NCBI GenBank assembly: GCA_965649055.1
Contig: CBFGJG010000024.1
Location: 1 to 28,797, forward strand
Origin: a candidate division WOR-3 bacterium
Lineage (GTDB): Bacteria > Hydrothermota > UBA3072 > B12-G15
Length of the DNA: 28,797 nucleotides
Reading direction: 5' to 3'
Part shown: in pieces, positions 1 to 9,832 of the stretch
Numbering within the stretch: position 1 is the stretch's first letter
Layout: each line of letters begins with the position of its first letter
Position numbers and translations under genes: made by a program
The notes under the pieces: model-generated
The model's database searches: none
What the model saw: the letters and a program-made list of their open reading frames with translations, nothing else
Told to the model about the DNA's origin: nothing

Positions 1-1
1 T

Positions 2-1609
2 TCTTTAACAAAGGACTGGGGTGTATATGATGTTGTTATTCTCTGTTCAGGTGATGACCACTCTCCATTAACAACATCAGGTATACAGCAGAAGATAACA
101 GATTATTACAATGCAGGTGGTAAGTTAATATTTGAAGGTGGAGAATTAGGATATGTATATAGAGGAACAGCTTTCGGGACGAATATACTTCATTTTGGTT
201 CAACATGGCGTGGAGATAATGTTGGTGCATTGACATTACAGAATCCGACACATCCAGTTGCGACGATACCGAATGTATTACCTGCAAGTTTACCGATAAC
301 ATATGGGGAGTATGGAGATAATGATGCTACAGATATTGGAGCAGATGCGACACTGATATACGGGACAACGAACTATCCTACATCAGCAGGAATCCTTGGA
401 TATGATGATACACCACCACCTGAGGCTGGTAAGGTAGTTGTGTTTAATTTCAATCTATCAGCGACAGATACGATAAATATAGGACCTAAGTTGATAGAGA
501 ATGCTGTTCACTGGCTTTTGGCACAGGAGACAGGAGCTGATGGTCTTATATATGGTCATGTTGAATCAAACGGGACACCTAATGATGGTGGTGCGATAGT
601 TCGTGCAACAAGTTCAGGTAAGTATATAGCATATGATACAACAGATGCATCAGGTAATTACTCAATACCTGTATATTCAGGGACATACAGTTTATACTTC
701 TATCGTGAAAATTATTCAGATACTACAGTAACAGGTGTAGTAGTTCCATCAGGTGGTTCTGTGGAGGTTAATGTTAATCTATATCCATTTGTTGTTTTAT
801 GGGAGAGTGATTTTGAGGCGAATAATGGTGGGCTTACAGGAGATGGTTGCTGGCAGTGGGGAGACCCGCAGTATTCAGGGACATATACAGGTTGTTCAGA
901 TGCACATTCAGGTGTGAACTGCTGGGCTACGAATCTTACAGGAGATTATCCTAATTCAACGAATTCAAGGTTAACATTACCTGTTATATCACTCCCATCA
1001 GGTTCGAAGCCGGCGATGGATTACTGGCAGTGGTTAAATACAGAATTTAGGTATGATGGTGGTAATGTAAAGGTATCAACGAATGGTTCAACATACAACA
1101 TAATATATCCATCTTCACCTGAGAAGTATGATACTATTGCTGCAAATACAAATGCAGGTGTTCCGAATGAATGGGTATTCAGTAACAGGTCTTCAAGGAC
1201 ATACTGGCACAATGTGAAGTTTAATCTTACGAGTTATGCGGGACAGAATGTATATCTGAGGTTCCATTTTGGTTCAGATGGTTCTGTTGTAGGGCCTGGA
1301 TGGTATATAGATGATATAAGGATAGGTTATTATGACTACAATGTTGGTATAACAGAGATTCCAAAGGTGTTTGGTGTTGATGTTCAGACTTTACAGGGTA
1401 AGGATATGAATATTTCACTCTCACTTCCTGTGAATTCAGATGTTGAGATAAAGGTGATGGATATAACAGGAAGGGTTATAGAAGAGAGGAGTATGATAAA
1501 GCCAGCTGGAAGATGGGATGAGAACTTCAAGATGAACCATTCAGGTGTATATTTTGTGAAGGTAAGACTTGGTGGAAAGAACTTCACAAAGAAGGTAGTT
1601 ATTTTCTAA
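2..1609 (+). CDS. Large secreted/surface multidomain protein, 5'-truncated by the window edge (carboxypeptidase-regulatory-like beta-sandwich, MAM/immune-inhibitor-A-like domain, T9SS type A-like C-terminal sorting domain)
   Basis: The frame of ORF 230..1609 is open back to base 2 (SLTKDWGVYDVVILCSGD...), so the TTG at 230 is not the start. Contains 'TTDASGNYSIPVYSGTYSLYF', 'WESDFE..NGG...WQWG.P...AHSGVNCWATNL.G.Y...DGGNV...GWYIDDI' and the C-terminus 'IKVMDITGRVI...SGVYFVKV...TKKVVIF'. Confidence 0.8.
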   Translation, partial: SLTKDWGVYDVVILCSGDDHSPLTTSGIQQKITDYYNAGGKLIFEGGELGYVYRGTAFGTNILHFGSTWRGDNVGALTLQNPTHPVATIPNVLPASLPITYGEYGDNDATDIGADATLIYGTTNYPTSAGILGYDDTPPPEAGKVVVFNFNLSATDTINIGPKLIENAVHWLLAQETGADGLIYGHVESNGTPNDGGAIVRATSSGKYIAYDTTDASGNYSIPVYSGTYSLYFYRENYSDTTVTGVVVPSGGSVEVNVNLYPFVVLWESDFEANNGGLTGDGCWQWGDPQYSGTYTGCSDAHSGVNCWATNLTGDYPNSTNSRLTLPVISLPSGSKPAMDYWQWLNTEFRYDGGNVKVSTNGSTYNIIYPSSPEKYDTIAANTNAGVPNEWVFSNRSSRTYWHNVKFNLTSYAGQNVYLRFHFGSDGSVVGPGWYIDDIRIGYYDYNVGITEIPKVFGVDVQTLQGKDMNISLSLPVNSDVEIKVMDITGRVIEERSMIKPAGRWDENFKMNHSGVYFVKVRLGGKNFTKKVVIF

Positions 1610-1631
1610 TTAAATCGAACATTTTATTCTT

Positions 1632-1662
1632 TAAAAAAGGGGGCTTTAAGCCCCCTTTTTTA
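1632..1662. terminator. Bidirectional intrinsic terminator
   Basis: Inverted repeat TAAAAAAGGGGGCTT-T-AAGCCCCCTTTTTTA about 20 bp after the stop at 1609, with an A tract before and a T tract after the GC stem. Confidence 0.9.
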
Positions 1663-1665
1663 TTC

Positions 1666-1693
1666 TTGACATCTCCTTATAGTATGTTAAATT
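1666..1693 (+). promoter_or_regulatory. Sigma70-type promoter for the M14 operon
   Basis: TTGACA (1666-1671), 16 bp, TAAATT (1688-1693) with upstream TG. RBS GGAGG at 1703-1707. Confidence 0.7.
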
Positions 1694-1712
1694 TTAAAAA
1701 ACGGAGGTTTTT

Positions 1713-3284
1713 ATGTTTTATATAATTCTTTTATTTTTAGGGTTAAACGATAAGAAAAATGTAAGAATATTTATAAACGAACATAATGATGTATATAAAA
1801 TACACAATCTTGGTGTTTCAATTGAACATCTTACTGATAATTTTATAGAAACACATATAGATGATAGTATGATAAAAAAATTAAAAGATAAAGGATTCAT
1901 TGTTGAAGAGATAGAAGAGAAAAAAGATTATGATTTTACAGGCTATCATAATTACGAACAGATGGTCGCAAAGATTGATTCTATTGTTAATGAATATCCT
2001 GAACTCGCAAAGAAAATAATCGTTGGTTATACACAGCAAGGAAGAACAATATATGCTTTGAAGATATCTGATAATGTGAATCTGATTGAAAATGAACCAA
2101 GGGTTAGATTCATTGGGATTATTCATGGTGATGAACCAATTGGATGTGAATTAACATTATACTTGGCAGATACTCTAACAAGAGGATATAACAATGAACC
2201 ATATATTACAAATTTAGTGAATAACAGGGAAATCTATCTTATACCCATGTTCAATGTTGACGGAAGAGAGAATTCAAGTAGGTATTATGCGAACTGGATT
2301 GACCCAAACAGAAATTTCCCAGATCCTGATGGTTCAATAGGTGATGATGGAACTTACACAAATTATATTGAGACTCAATCAATGATAGACTGGTCTGATA
2401 CAATGAATTTTGTCTTATCTGTAACTTATCATGGCGGTGCAAAGATAGTTAACTACGATTGGGATTATACATCTGAATACCCACCTTTTTATCAACTCAT
2501 AAGAAAGATAGCAATAGGTTATGCTATAAGGAATGATACTATTTTTCTCTCACCTTCGCCATCTTATATTGCTGATAGTGGAACTGTTCGCGGATACTTA
2601 TGGTATGAAGTGGACGGTTCATTACAGGATTGGTCCTATCACTGGACAGGCTGTATAGATTTAACGGTTGAGTTAAATAGTAATAAATGGCCCAATGCCT
2701 CAAAACTTCCAGTGATATGGGAATGCAATAGAAATTCAATGTTGTGGATTATAGAACAGGCAGGTAAAGGTTTATCTGGTATAGTAAAAGATAGTATCAC
2801 AGGTATTCCTATCCAGGCAGAATACCAGATAGATGGGGTAAACAAAGTATTTAAAACAGGTCTGAATGGTGATTTTACAAGGCCACTTCTTAATGGTAAT
2901 TATACAATAACATTTACAAAAGAAAATTACAATACAAAGACTATCTCAGGTATACCTGTTTCATTTGATACCACTACATATATAGAAGTCCTTCTTTCAC
3001 CAATAACAGGTGTTATTGAAGATACTACAAAGGTTAGTCTTATTATAAGAAATCCTTTTAGAAAAGATTTTTCTTTTATTTATTTTATACCTGAAAGTGG
3101 ATACTATGATTTAACCATTTTTGATGTGAATGGAAAGAATATAAAAACTTTATTTGAGAATAAATTTCTCATCAAAGGTCTATACACAAATAATAAAATT
3201 GAAGATTTAAAAACAGGTATATACTTTATTAATCTAAGTTCAAACAAAGAAAAAGTCTTAAAAAAGATTGTATATCTGAAGTAA
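1713..3284 (+). CDS. M14 zinc carboxypeptidase (CPD/N-E-like) with beta-sandwich domain and T9SS-like C-terminal domain
   Basis: HGDE zinc motif, D.NRNFP, TYHGG, GSLQDWSY, catalytic E in 'TVELNSNKWP'. Short hydrophobic N-terminus. C-terminal 'IFDVNGK...LKTGIYFINL...KKIVYLK'. Confidence 0.9.
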   Translation: MFYIILLFLGLNDKKNVRIFINEHNDVYKIHNLGVSIEHLTDNFIETHIDDSMIKKLKDKGFIVEEIEEKKDYDFTGYHNYEQMVAKIDSIVNEYPELAKKIIVGYTQQGRTIYALKISDNVNLIENEPRVRFIGIIHGDEPIGCELTLYLADTLTRGYNNEPYITNLVNNREIYLIPMFNVDGRENSSRYYANWIDPNRNFPDPDGSIGDDGTYTNYIETQSMIDWSDTMNFVLSVTYHGGAKIVNYDWDYTSEYPPFYQLIRKIAIGYAIRNDTIFLSPSPSYIADSGTVRGYLWYEVDGSLQDWSYHWTGCIDLTVELNSNKWPNASKLPVIWECNRNSMLWIIEQAGKGLSGIVKDSITGIPIQAEYQIDGVNKVFKTGLNGDFTRPLLNGNYTITFTKENYNTKTISGIPVSFDTTTYIEVLLSPITGVIEDTTKVSLIIRNPFRKDFSFIYFIPESGYYDLTIFDVNGKNIKTLFENKFLIKGLYTNNKIEDLKTGIYFINLSSNKEKVLKKIVYLK

Positions 3285-3285
3285 A

Positions 3286-4119
3286 ATGTTTATGCCTTTC
3301 ATGATGTTAATAACAACAATGGTTTTAACATTTATTCCTTACGAATCAATTCCTAAAATTTCAAGTATTGTTGGTTTTTTATGGTATAAGATAACAAGAA
3401 GAAAAGAGATTGTAAGGAAAAATATAATGATGGTGAATAATCTTACAGATGAAGAAATGGTTAAAAGAACATTTATAAATTTTATCCAGATCTATCTTAC
3501 TATCCTTAAATTACCAAATATGAAAAAAAATGAATTTATAAAAATTTTCCCTGATAACATTAAAGAAAAACACCTTAAAGAGATTGAAAAGAACAGAGGT
3601 GCAATACTTGTTGGTGCACATCTTGGTGCCTGGGAGCTTGCAGGACCTCTGCTTGCTGCATTGGGATATAAAATAATATCTGTTGCTGAGTCAAAAGGTC
3701 CTGGTGAAAAATTTTTTAGATTTTATTTAAGATATAGAGAGATGTTTGGAGCAAGGATATTAAGGCTTGAAGAAAAGGATATAACAGAAAGAATATTTAA
3801 TTATTTTAAAAAAGGATATCTAATAGGTCTTATCTCAGACAGGGATATATCCAAGACTGGAAGAATTGTAAATTTCCTTGGTGGGAAAATAAGTCTACCA
3901 GCTGGCCCTGCAATAATTTCATACAGATTAAAATCCAAAATACTGATTGGTTTTATTGTTATTGAAAAAAATGCTTTCAGAATTTTAACATACCCTGTTA
4001 TTCAAACTGAGAATATGAAGATTGACGAGATCTTTGTAAAAATTAAGGATTGCATCGAAGATGCAGTTAGAAGATATCCTGATAACTGGTTTGTTTTTGA
4101 AGACATATGGAGGGAATAA
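3286..4119 (+). CDS. Lipid acyltransferase, LpxL/PatA (phosphatidylinositol mannoside acyltransferase) family
   Basis: 'GAILVGAHLGAWELAG' (HxxxxE), 'LISDRDISKTGRIVNFLG...LPAGPA', 'RYPDNWFVFEDIW'. Confidence 0.8.
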   Translation: MFMPFMMLITTMVLTFIPYESIPKISSIVGFLWYKITRRKEIVRKNIMMVNNLTDEEMVKRTFINFIQIYLTILKLPNMKKNEFIKIFPDNIKEKHLKEIEKNRGAILVGAHLGAWELAGPLLAALGYKIISVAESKGPGEKFFRFYLRYREMFGARILRLEEKDITERIFNYFKKGYLIGLISDRDISKTGRIVNFLGGKISLPAGPAIISYRLKSKILIGFIVIEKNAFRILTYPVIQTENMKIDEIFVKIKDCIEDAVRRYPDNWFVFEDIWRE

Positions 4120-5210
4120 TGAAAATACTGTTTGTTTCTGATTTATACTATCCACATCTTGGAGGTGTTTCTGAACACATATACCATCTTGCAAATGAAT
4201 TTGAAAATATGGGGCATTATGTAAGAATATTAACTGGAAAAATGGAAGGAAATTTTAGACCTGATGAAGAAAGGGTTATAAGGATTGGCGTTGGTAAAAG
4301 GGTTAAATACAATAAATCTGTAGGAAGGGTAACAATTGGATTAGATCTATTAAAAATAAAAAAAATTATGAAGGATTTTGACGTTATTCATTCTCACGGA
4401 GGCCTTTCACCAGCATTGCCAATTCTTGCATTATGCTTTTCTGAAAAGACAAATTTTCTCACATTTCACGCAACATTTGAAAAATGCCTTCCTTATAGGA
4501 TTTTTAATAGACCTTTTAAGTTTCTATTCAACAGGATAGATGGCAGGATTGCAGTTTCTCAAACTGCAATGGAAAGTTTCGCAAGATATTTCCCTGGTGA
4601 TTACAAGATAATACCAAACGGAATAGATACAAACAGGTTTTATCCTATGAAAAACAAAAAGGAGAATACAATACTTTTTGTTGGAAGGATTGAGAAAAGA
4701 AAGGGTTTGGAATATTTATTAGAAGCAATAAGACTTTTAAGGAAAGATATAAAAGATATTAAACTTTTAATTGCAGGTGAAAGATATGCAGATTATAAGA
4801 TTGAAATACCAGAAGAAATAAAAGATAATATAGTTTTTTTAGGATTTGTAAAACCCGATAGACTACCTGAAATTTACAGTTCTGCAAATGTATTTGTATC
4901 ACCTGCGATTGGAAATGAAAGTTTCGGAATCGTTCTTCTTGAAGCAATGGCCTCAGGAACACCCGTGATTGCATCTGATATACCTGGATATAAATGCGTG
5001 ATAGAAGATGGAATAGATGGAATATTATTTCCCGGAAAAGATGCAGTAGCACTTAAAGATAAATTAAAAGAAGTTTTAACTAATAAAGAATTACAAAAAT
5101 CTCTTATAAGGAACGGTTTGATGAAAGCAAAAAAATATGACTGGAAAAACATAGCAAGAGAAATAATCAATTTTTACTATGAAATCAATCCTGAACTACC
5201 ACGATATTGA
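4119..5210 (+). CDS. GT4 family glycosyltransferase, PimA/PIG-A-like
   Basis: 'VSDLYYPHLGGVSEHIYHL', 'YNKSVGR', 'RIAVS', 'IIPNGID', 'FVGRIEKRKG', 'ESFGIVLLEAMASG' (EX7E). Start placed at ATG 4119 (TAATG coupling with the upstream stop, GGAGG at 4109-4113) rather than 4107. Confidence 0.88.
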   Translation: MKILFVSDLYYPHLGGVSEHIYHLANEFENMGHYVRILTGKMEGNFRPDEERVIRIGVGKRVKYNKSVGRVTIGLDLLKIKKIMKDFDVIHSHGGLSPALPILALCFSEKTNFLTFHATFEKCLPYRIFNRPFKFLFNRIDGRIAVSQTAMESFARYFPGDYKIIPNGIDTNRFYPMKNKKENTILFVGRIEKRKGLEYLLEAIRLLRKDIKDIKLLIAGERYADYKIEIPEEIKDNIVFLGFVKPDRLPEIYSSANVFVSPAIGNESFGIVLLEAMASGTPVIASDIPGYKCVIEDGIDGILFPGKDAVALKDKLKEVLTNKELQKSLIRNGLMKAKKYDWKNIAREIINFYYEINPELPRY

Positions 5211-5919
5211 TAGAAGTTTCTCACCTTTTTTTTCCACAATACCACCTGAGATATTTAAAAAACACTTATCTTTTTTTAAGAAATATTCTATCGAGATAAT
5301 AGATTTTGAACATTATTTCAAGAAAGATAAAGGTGTTGTGATAACATTTGATGATGGATTCAGAAATCTTTATTACTATCTGCCTGAACTGATTAAAGAA
5401 TTTAAATTCAGACCAATAGTTTTCGTTGTAACAGGATTTTTAGGTGAGAAAAGCAACTGGGATATATGGATAAATAGAGGCGAACATTTAAGTATTAAAG
5501 AGATAAAATACCTAAATAGCTTAGGCGTTATTTTCGGTTCTCACACACATAATCATTATCTTTTGACTGCTCTTGATAAAAAAGATTTAAGATATGAACT
5601 TGATTATTCTAAAAAAATTATTGAAGATTTAACAGGTGAAGAGGTAAAATATCTATCATACCCTTTTGGTAAATATAATGAATATGTTATTGAAACAGCA
5701 AAAGAAACCGGTTATTCAAATGCATTTGTCTCAACACCATTAAGATTCAAGGAAGGTGACTTCAATATAGGTAGATGGAGTGTTTATCTTATTGATAATC
5801 TTTTCACCATAAAATTAAAGAATGACAATAATGGTTTTCTATCAGAAATTGAAAAAATTAAATGCAAGATGATAAATAAATTTTCATTCCTGACATATTA
5901 TGCAAATACTATTTTTTAA
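5179..5919 (+). CDS. Polysaccharide deacetylase (CE4/NodB-like)
   Basis: 'ILNYH', 'ITFDDG', 'GSHTHNH', 'SYPFG' motifs. No evident signal peptide. Confidence 0.88.
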   Translation: MKSILNYHDIDRSFSPFFSTIPPEIFKKHLSFFKKYSIEIIDFEHYFKKDKGVVITFDDGFRNLYYYLPELIKEFKFRPIVFVVTGFLGEKSNWDIWINRGEHLSIKEIKYLNSLGVIFGSHTHNHYLLTALDKKDLRYELDYSKKIIEDLTGEEVKYLSYPFGKYNEYVIETAKETGYSNAFVSTPLRFKEGDFNIGRWSVYLIDNLFTIKLKNDNNGFLSEIEKIKCKMINKFSFLTYYANTIF

Positions 5920-8083
5920 TCTCTTTATCAATATATTTTTCACAAACTGGGCAGTATTTCTCACCGGATTTTGATTTTTTTAACAGAACATATTTTGAGC
6001 CACAAACAGGACATTCAATATTCAAAGGTTTGCTCCAGAATATCTCTTTACATTCCTTATTAGAACAAACATAATAGATTTTACCTTTTTTACTTTTTCT
6101 CTCAACAATATCGGAATTACATTTTGGGCATTTCGTATCTATAAATAAACTTTCGGTAAAATCACATTCAGGATATCTTGAACATGCTATGAACCGGCCA
6201 AATTTACCGTTTTTAATATAAAGTTCAGACCCGCATTTTGGGCATTTCCTGTCTTTAACTACTTCTCCTTTCTTTTCATTATTGTTTATTGGTTTGGTAT
6301 TTTTACATTCAGGCCAACCTGAACATGCAAGAAATTTTCCATATCTACCCCATTTAACAACCATTGGTCTTCCACATAATTCACATTTAATATCTGTTTC
6401 CTGTTCATAATCTTTTTTAATTTCTATCATCATAGAATTAACTTCTTTTAATTTTTTTTCAAATGGTTCATAGAATTCTTTTATAACATTCAGACTCTCT
6501 TTATTCCCTTCTTCTATCTCATCAAGTTCTTCTTCCATTATACTCGTAAACTTCACATCAAATAAATCCTTAAAATGTTTTATCAATATTGAATTTACTA
6601 TCTTCCCGAGTTCCTGAACATATAAAACCCCCTTAACACTTTTCACATATCCTCTTTCTATTAAAAGTGATACTGTTGGTGCATATGTGCTTGGTCTTCC
6701 TATACCAACATCTTCCATTTTTTTTACTATAGTTCCTTCTGTATATCTCGGTGGTGGTTGTGTCTCCTTCTCTTCATAATTTGCTTCTATAAGTTTCACC
6801 TTATCATTTGCAAATAATTCAGGTAATTGTTCTTCTTCTTTAGGAATCCCAAGAACCTTCAAGAAACCATCAAATATAAGTCTTCTTGAAGAAGCCTCAA
6901 AAAGAAATTTTCCACCTTTAATCTTCACACTTGTATTCTCCCATTCTGCTGGTTTCATCTGTGAAGCTACTGCCCTTTCCCATATCAGCTTATAAATATT
7001 GAACTGGTCTTTTGTAAGATAATTTTTTATTGAATCAGGTGTATATTGTATAAAAGTAGGTCTTATTGCCTCATGTGCACCCTGTGTGGTCTTTTTCTCT
7101 TTGAATACATTTGGTTTTTCAGGAAGATAATCAACACCGAAATTATTCCTTATTGTTTCTCTTATCTCCTTTATTGCCTTATCTGAAAGTCTTACTGAAT
7201 CCGTCCTCATATATGTTATAAGACCAACCCTTCCTTCTTTTAAATCTATACCTTCATAAAGTTGTTGTGCAATTAACATTGTCTTCTTTGTAGAAAATTT
7301 GAATCTTGTTGCGGCTTCCCTTTCGAGTGAACTCGTTATAAGTGGAGGAAGTGTCTCCTGTTTTTTTATCTTTTTTAAAACTGATAAAATAGAATAATCT
7401 TCTTTCTTTATTTGATTTAAGATATCTTCCGCATATTCCTTGTTTTTTATCTCTGCTTTTTTTCCATCTATTTCAATAAGTTTTCCTTTAAATCTGTCTT
7501 TACCTTTTTCAAAAACTCCTGTGATTACATAATACTTTTCAGGTATAAATTTTTCTATTTCATCTTCCCTTTCGCAAAGAATCCTTAGAACTGCACTCTG
7601 GACCCTTCCTGCTGAAAGTCCCCTTTTTATTGCCTTCCATAAAATAGGACTTACAAGATAACCAACAAGTCTATCTAAAACCCTTCTTGTTTTCTGTGAT
7701 TCAACTTTTTTTATATCTATATCAAGTGGATTAGACATTCCTTCTCTTATTCCATCCTTTGTCATCTCATAGAATAAAACCCTTTTTACATCTTTATTTA
7801 TCTCTTCTTTTAAATGATACGCTATTGCCTCACCTTCTCTATCAGGGTCTGTTGCAATATAAATCTCTTTCGCCTTTGCAGATAATTCTTTTATCTCTTT
7901 AACTATCTTCCTTTTATTCATCAATATTATATAATGTGGCTTAAATCCATTATTTATATCTATCCCGAGTTTTGATTTTGGAAGGTCTTTTATATGTCCC
8001 ATTGAAGCCTTAACAACAAATCCTTTTAAGTAATTCTCTATAGTCTTGGACTTTGTTGGAGACTCAACTATTATCAATTTCAT
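5909..8083 (-). CDS. topA: DNA topoisomerase I (type IA) with C-terminal zinc ribbons
   Basis: TOPRIM 'IVESPTK' and 'ATDPDREGEAI', 'SAGRVQS', catalytic 'GLITYMRTDS', 'AHEAIRPT', 'GIGRPSTYA', four Cys-rich ribbons. Confidence 0.97.
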   Translation of the reverse strand: MKLIIVESPTKSKTIENYLKGFVVKASMGHIKDLPKSKLGIDINNGFKPHYIILMNKRKIVKEIKELSAKAKEIYIATDPDREGEAIAYHLKEEINKDVKRVLFYEMTKDGIREGMSNPLDIDIKKVESQKTRRVLDRLVGYLVSPILWKAIKRGLSAGRVQSAVLRILCEREDEIEKFIPEKYYVITGVFEKGKDRFKGKLIEIDGKKAEIKNKEYAEDILNQIKKEDYSILSVLKKIKKQETLPPLITSSLEREAATRFKFSTKKTMLIAQQLYEGIDLKEGRVGLITYMRTDSVRLSDKAIKEIRETIRNNFGVDYLPEKPNVFKEKKTTQGAHEAIRPTFIQYTPDSIKNYLTKDQFNIYKLIWERAVASQMKPAEWENTSVKIKGGKFLFEASSRRLIFDGFLKVLGIPKEEEQLPELFANDKVKLIEANYEEKETQPPPRYTEGTIVKKMEDVGIGRPSTYAPTVSLLIERGYVKSVKGVLYVQELGKIVNSILIKHFKDLFDVKFTSIMEEELDEIEEGNKESLNVIKEFYEPFEKKLKEVNSMMIEIKKDYEQETDIKCELCGRPMVVKWGRYGKFLACSGWPECKNTKPINNNEKKGEVVKDRKCPKCGSELYIKNGKFGRFIACSRYPECDFTESLFIDTKCPKCNSDIVERKSKKGKIYYVCSNKECKEIFWSKPLNIECPVCGSKYVLLKKSKSGEKYCPVCEKYIDKEIKK

Positions 8084-8090
8084 AATTACA

Positions 8091-8118
8091 TATATATAGA
8101 TTAAAAGATAAATGTCAA
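8091..8118 (-). promoter_or_regulatory. Putative sigma70 promoter of topA (probably leaderless)
   Basis: Minus strand TTGACA (8118-8113), 16 bp, TATATA (8096-8091), 7 nt, ATG. No SD sequence. Confidence 0.55.
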
Positions 8119-8136
8119 TTAATATTTAAATTTACA

Positions 8137-9108
8137 TTACGAATTTTTATTCTTATCTTCAATAATATGGTTTATTACACTCTTCATATCTTTTTTTAAC
8201 ATAGAGAAGAATCTCACTTCCTTCTTTGTCCTTGGATGAATGAATCTTAACATTATTGCATGCAATGCCTGTCTATCTATCATTGATAGTATCTTTTCAA
8301 AATCTTCTCTATATTGCAAACCAATCTTTTGTAATATATTCTTATTCCTTCCACCATATTCAGGGTCTCCTATAACAGGGAATCCAAGATGCGATAGATG
8401 AACCCTTATCTGATGTGTTCTTCCAGTCTTCAATCCCAAAAGAAGAATACTTGCATATTTTCCCCGATATATCACCCTGAATTTTGTAACTGCATCTTTT
8501 GAACCAAAAGGCGTAACTGCCATCTTTTCCTTGAATATCTGATGTCTTCCTATTGGTGCATCTATCTCTCCTTCATCCATCGGAAATTTACCCCATACCA
8601 CAGCAAGGTATCTCCTCTCAAGTTCCCTCTTTGCAAGCTGTTCCGAAAGTATGTTGTGTGCGTAATTATTTTTTGCAAATATTATAAGACCTGTTGTATC
8701 TTTATCAAGTCTGTGGATTACACCCGGTCTTTCATTTGATGTTCCTTCCGAAAGATTCTTTGAATGATAAAGGACAGCATTCACCAGTGTTCCTGTTAAA
8801 TGTCCTTTCGCAGGATGGACAACCATATTTTTATCTTTATCAACAATAAGGATATCCTCATCTTCATAGATAATATCTATCGGTATATCTTCAGGAAATG
8901 CCTTTGCAGGCTCAAATGGTTCATAATCAACCACAATCTCGTCATTATCTTTTACGATATAACTTGGTTTTACAGGTCTTCCATTAACAATAACATTCCC
9001 GTTCTCTATCAATTTTTTTATCCTTGACCTTGAAACCCTTAAACCATTCTTTGCAAGGTATGTATCAATCCTTGTATTATTACCTGAGACTATTCTCTTC
9101 CAGATCAC
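8137..9108 (-). CDS. rluD: RluA-family pseudouridine synthase with S4 domain (RluD-like)
   Basis: N-terminal S4 domain 'RIDTYLA...SRSRIKKLI..G.V.VNG', 'HRLDKDTTG', 'TGRTHQIRVH', 'RQALHA'. Confidence 0.88.
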   Translation of the reverse strand: MIWKRIVSGNNTRIDTYLAKNGLRVSRSRIKKLIENGNVIVNGRPVKPSYIVKDNDEIVVDYEPFEPAKAFPEDIPIDIIYEDEDILIVDKDKNMVVHPAKGHLTGTLVNAVLYHSKNLSEGTSNERPGVIHRLDKDTTGLIIFAKNNYAHNILSEQLAKRELERRYLAVVWGKFPMDEGEIDAPIGRHQIFKEKMAVTPFGSKDAVTKFRVIYRGKYASILLLGLKTGRTHQIRVHLSHLGFPVIGDPEYGGRNKNILQKIGLQYREDFEKILSMIDRQALHAIMLRFIHPRTKKEVRFFSMLKKDMKSVINHIIEDKNKNS

Positions 9109-9830
9109 ATTGAAAGAGTTATTGAAAGGACTTCTTTCTGAATATTTATGAGTTCTTTTATTCCTTTCTTACCAAGCTCAAGCATTATATCAAATTCATC
9201 TTTACTGAAAACTTCCTTTTCAGCTGTTCCCTGTATCTCGATGAATTTTTCATCATCTGTCATAACAAGATTCATATCTACCTGAGCATTTGAATCCTCA
9301 TTGTAATCAAGGTCTAATATATATTCATTATCAACCTTCCCAACACTTACTGCTGCAACAAAATTTAACAAAGGGAATTCATTTATTATATCCCTTGTAT
9401 ACATCATTCTCATAATATAATAAACACTCACAAATGCACCTGTTATTGAAGCAGTCCTTGTTCCACCGTCTGCCTGCAGGACATCACAATCAACATAGAT
9501 TGTTCTTTCACCTATTTTTTTCAAATCAAATGCCTGTCTTAAAGACCTTCCTATAAGCCTCTGTATCTCATATGTTCTACCTGAAACCTGTTTTCTTTCC
9601 CTCTGTATCCTCACATCTGAACTTCTTGGTAGCATTGAATATTCAGCTGTTATCCAGCCTGTATTAGTCCCTTTTAAGAATGGCGCAACATTATCTTCCA
9701 GAGTTGAAGTTATCAAAACTTTTGTATCACCCTGTTCTATTAACACAGAACCAGGAACCCTGTTCAGGAAATTAAGATGTATCTTTACAGGTCTTAACTG
9801 GTCTTTAGTTCTTCCATAAGACCTTTCCAA
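9105..9830 (-). CDS. rph: Ribonuclease PH
   Basis: 'GWITAEYSMLPRS', 'SGRTYEIQRLIGRSLR', 'DCDVLQADGGTRTASITG', 'EIQGTAE'. TTG start. Confidence 0.96.
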   Translation of the reverse strand: MERSYGRTKDQLRPVKIHLNFLNRVPGSVLIEQGDTKVLITSTLEDNVAPFLKGTNTGWITAEYSMLPRSSDVRIQRERKQVSGRTYEIQRLIGRSLRQAFDLKKIGERTIYVDCDVLQADGGTRTASITGAFVSVYYIMRMMYTRDIINEFPLLNFVAAVSVGKVDNEYILDLDYNEDSNAQVDMNLVMTDDEKFIEIQGTAEKEVFSKDEFDIMLELGKKGIKELINIQKEVLSITLSM

Positions 9831-9832
9831 AA

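Noticed and set aside
230..232. TTG start of the first CDS
   Set aside because: The frame is open and protein-like back to base 2, so the gene starts before the window.
671..890. Short repeat TATTCAGGGACATA (YSGTY) occurring twice in the first CDS
   Set aside because: It is short and explained by the shared peptide and codon bias. There is no array structure.
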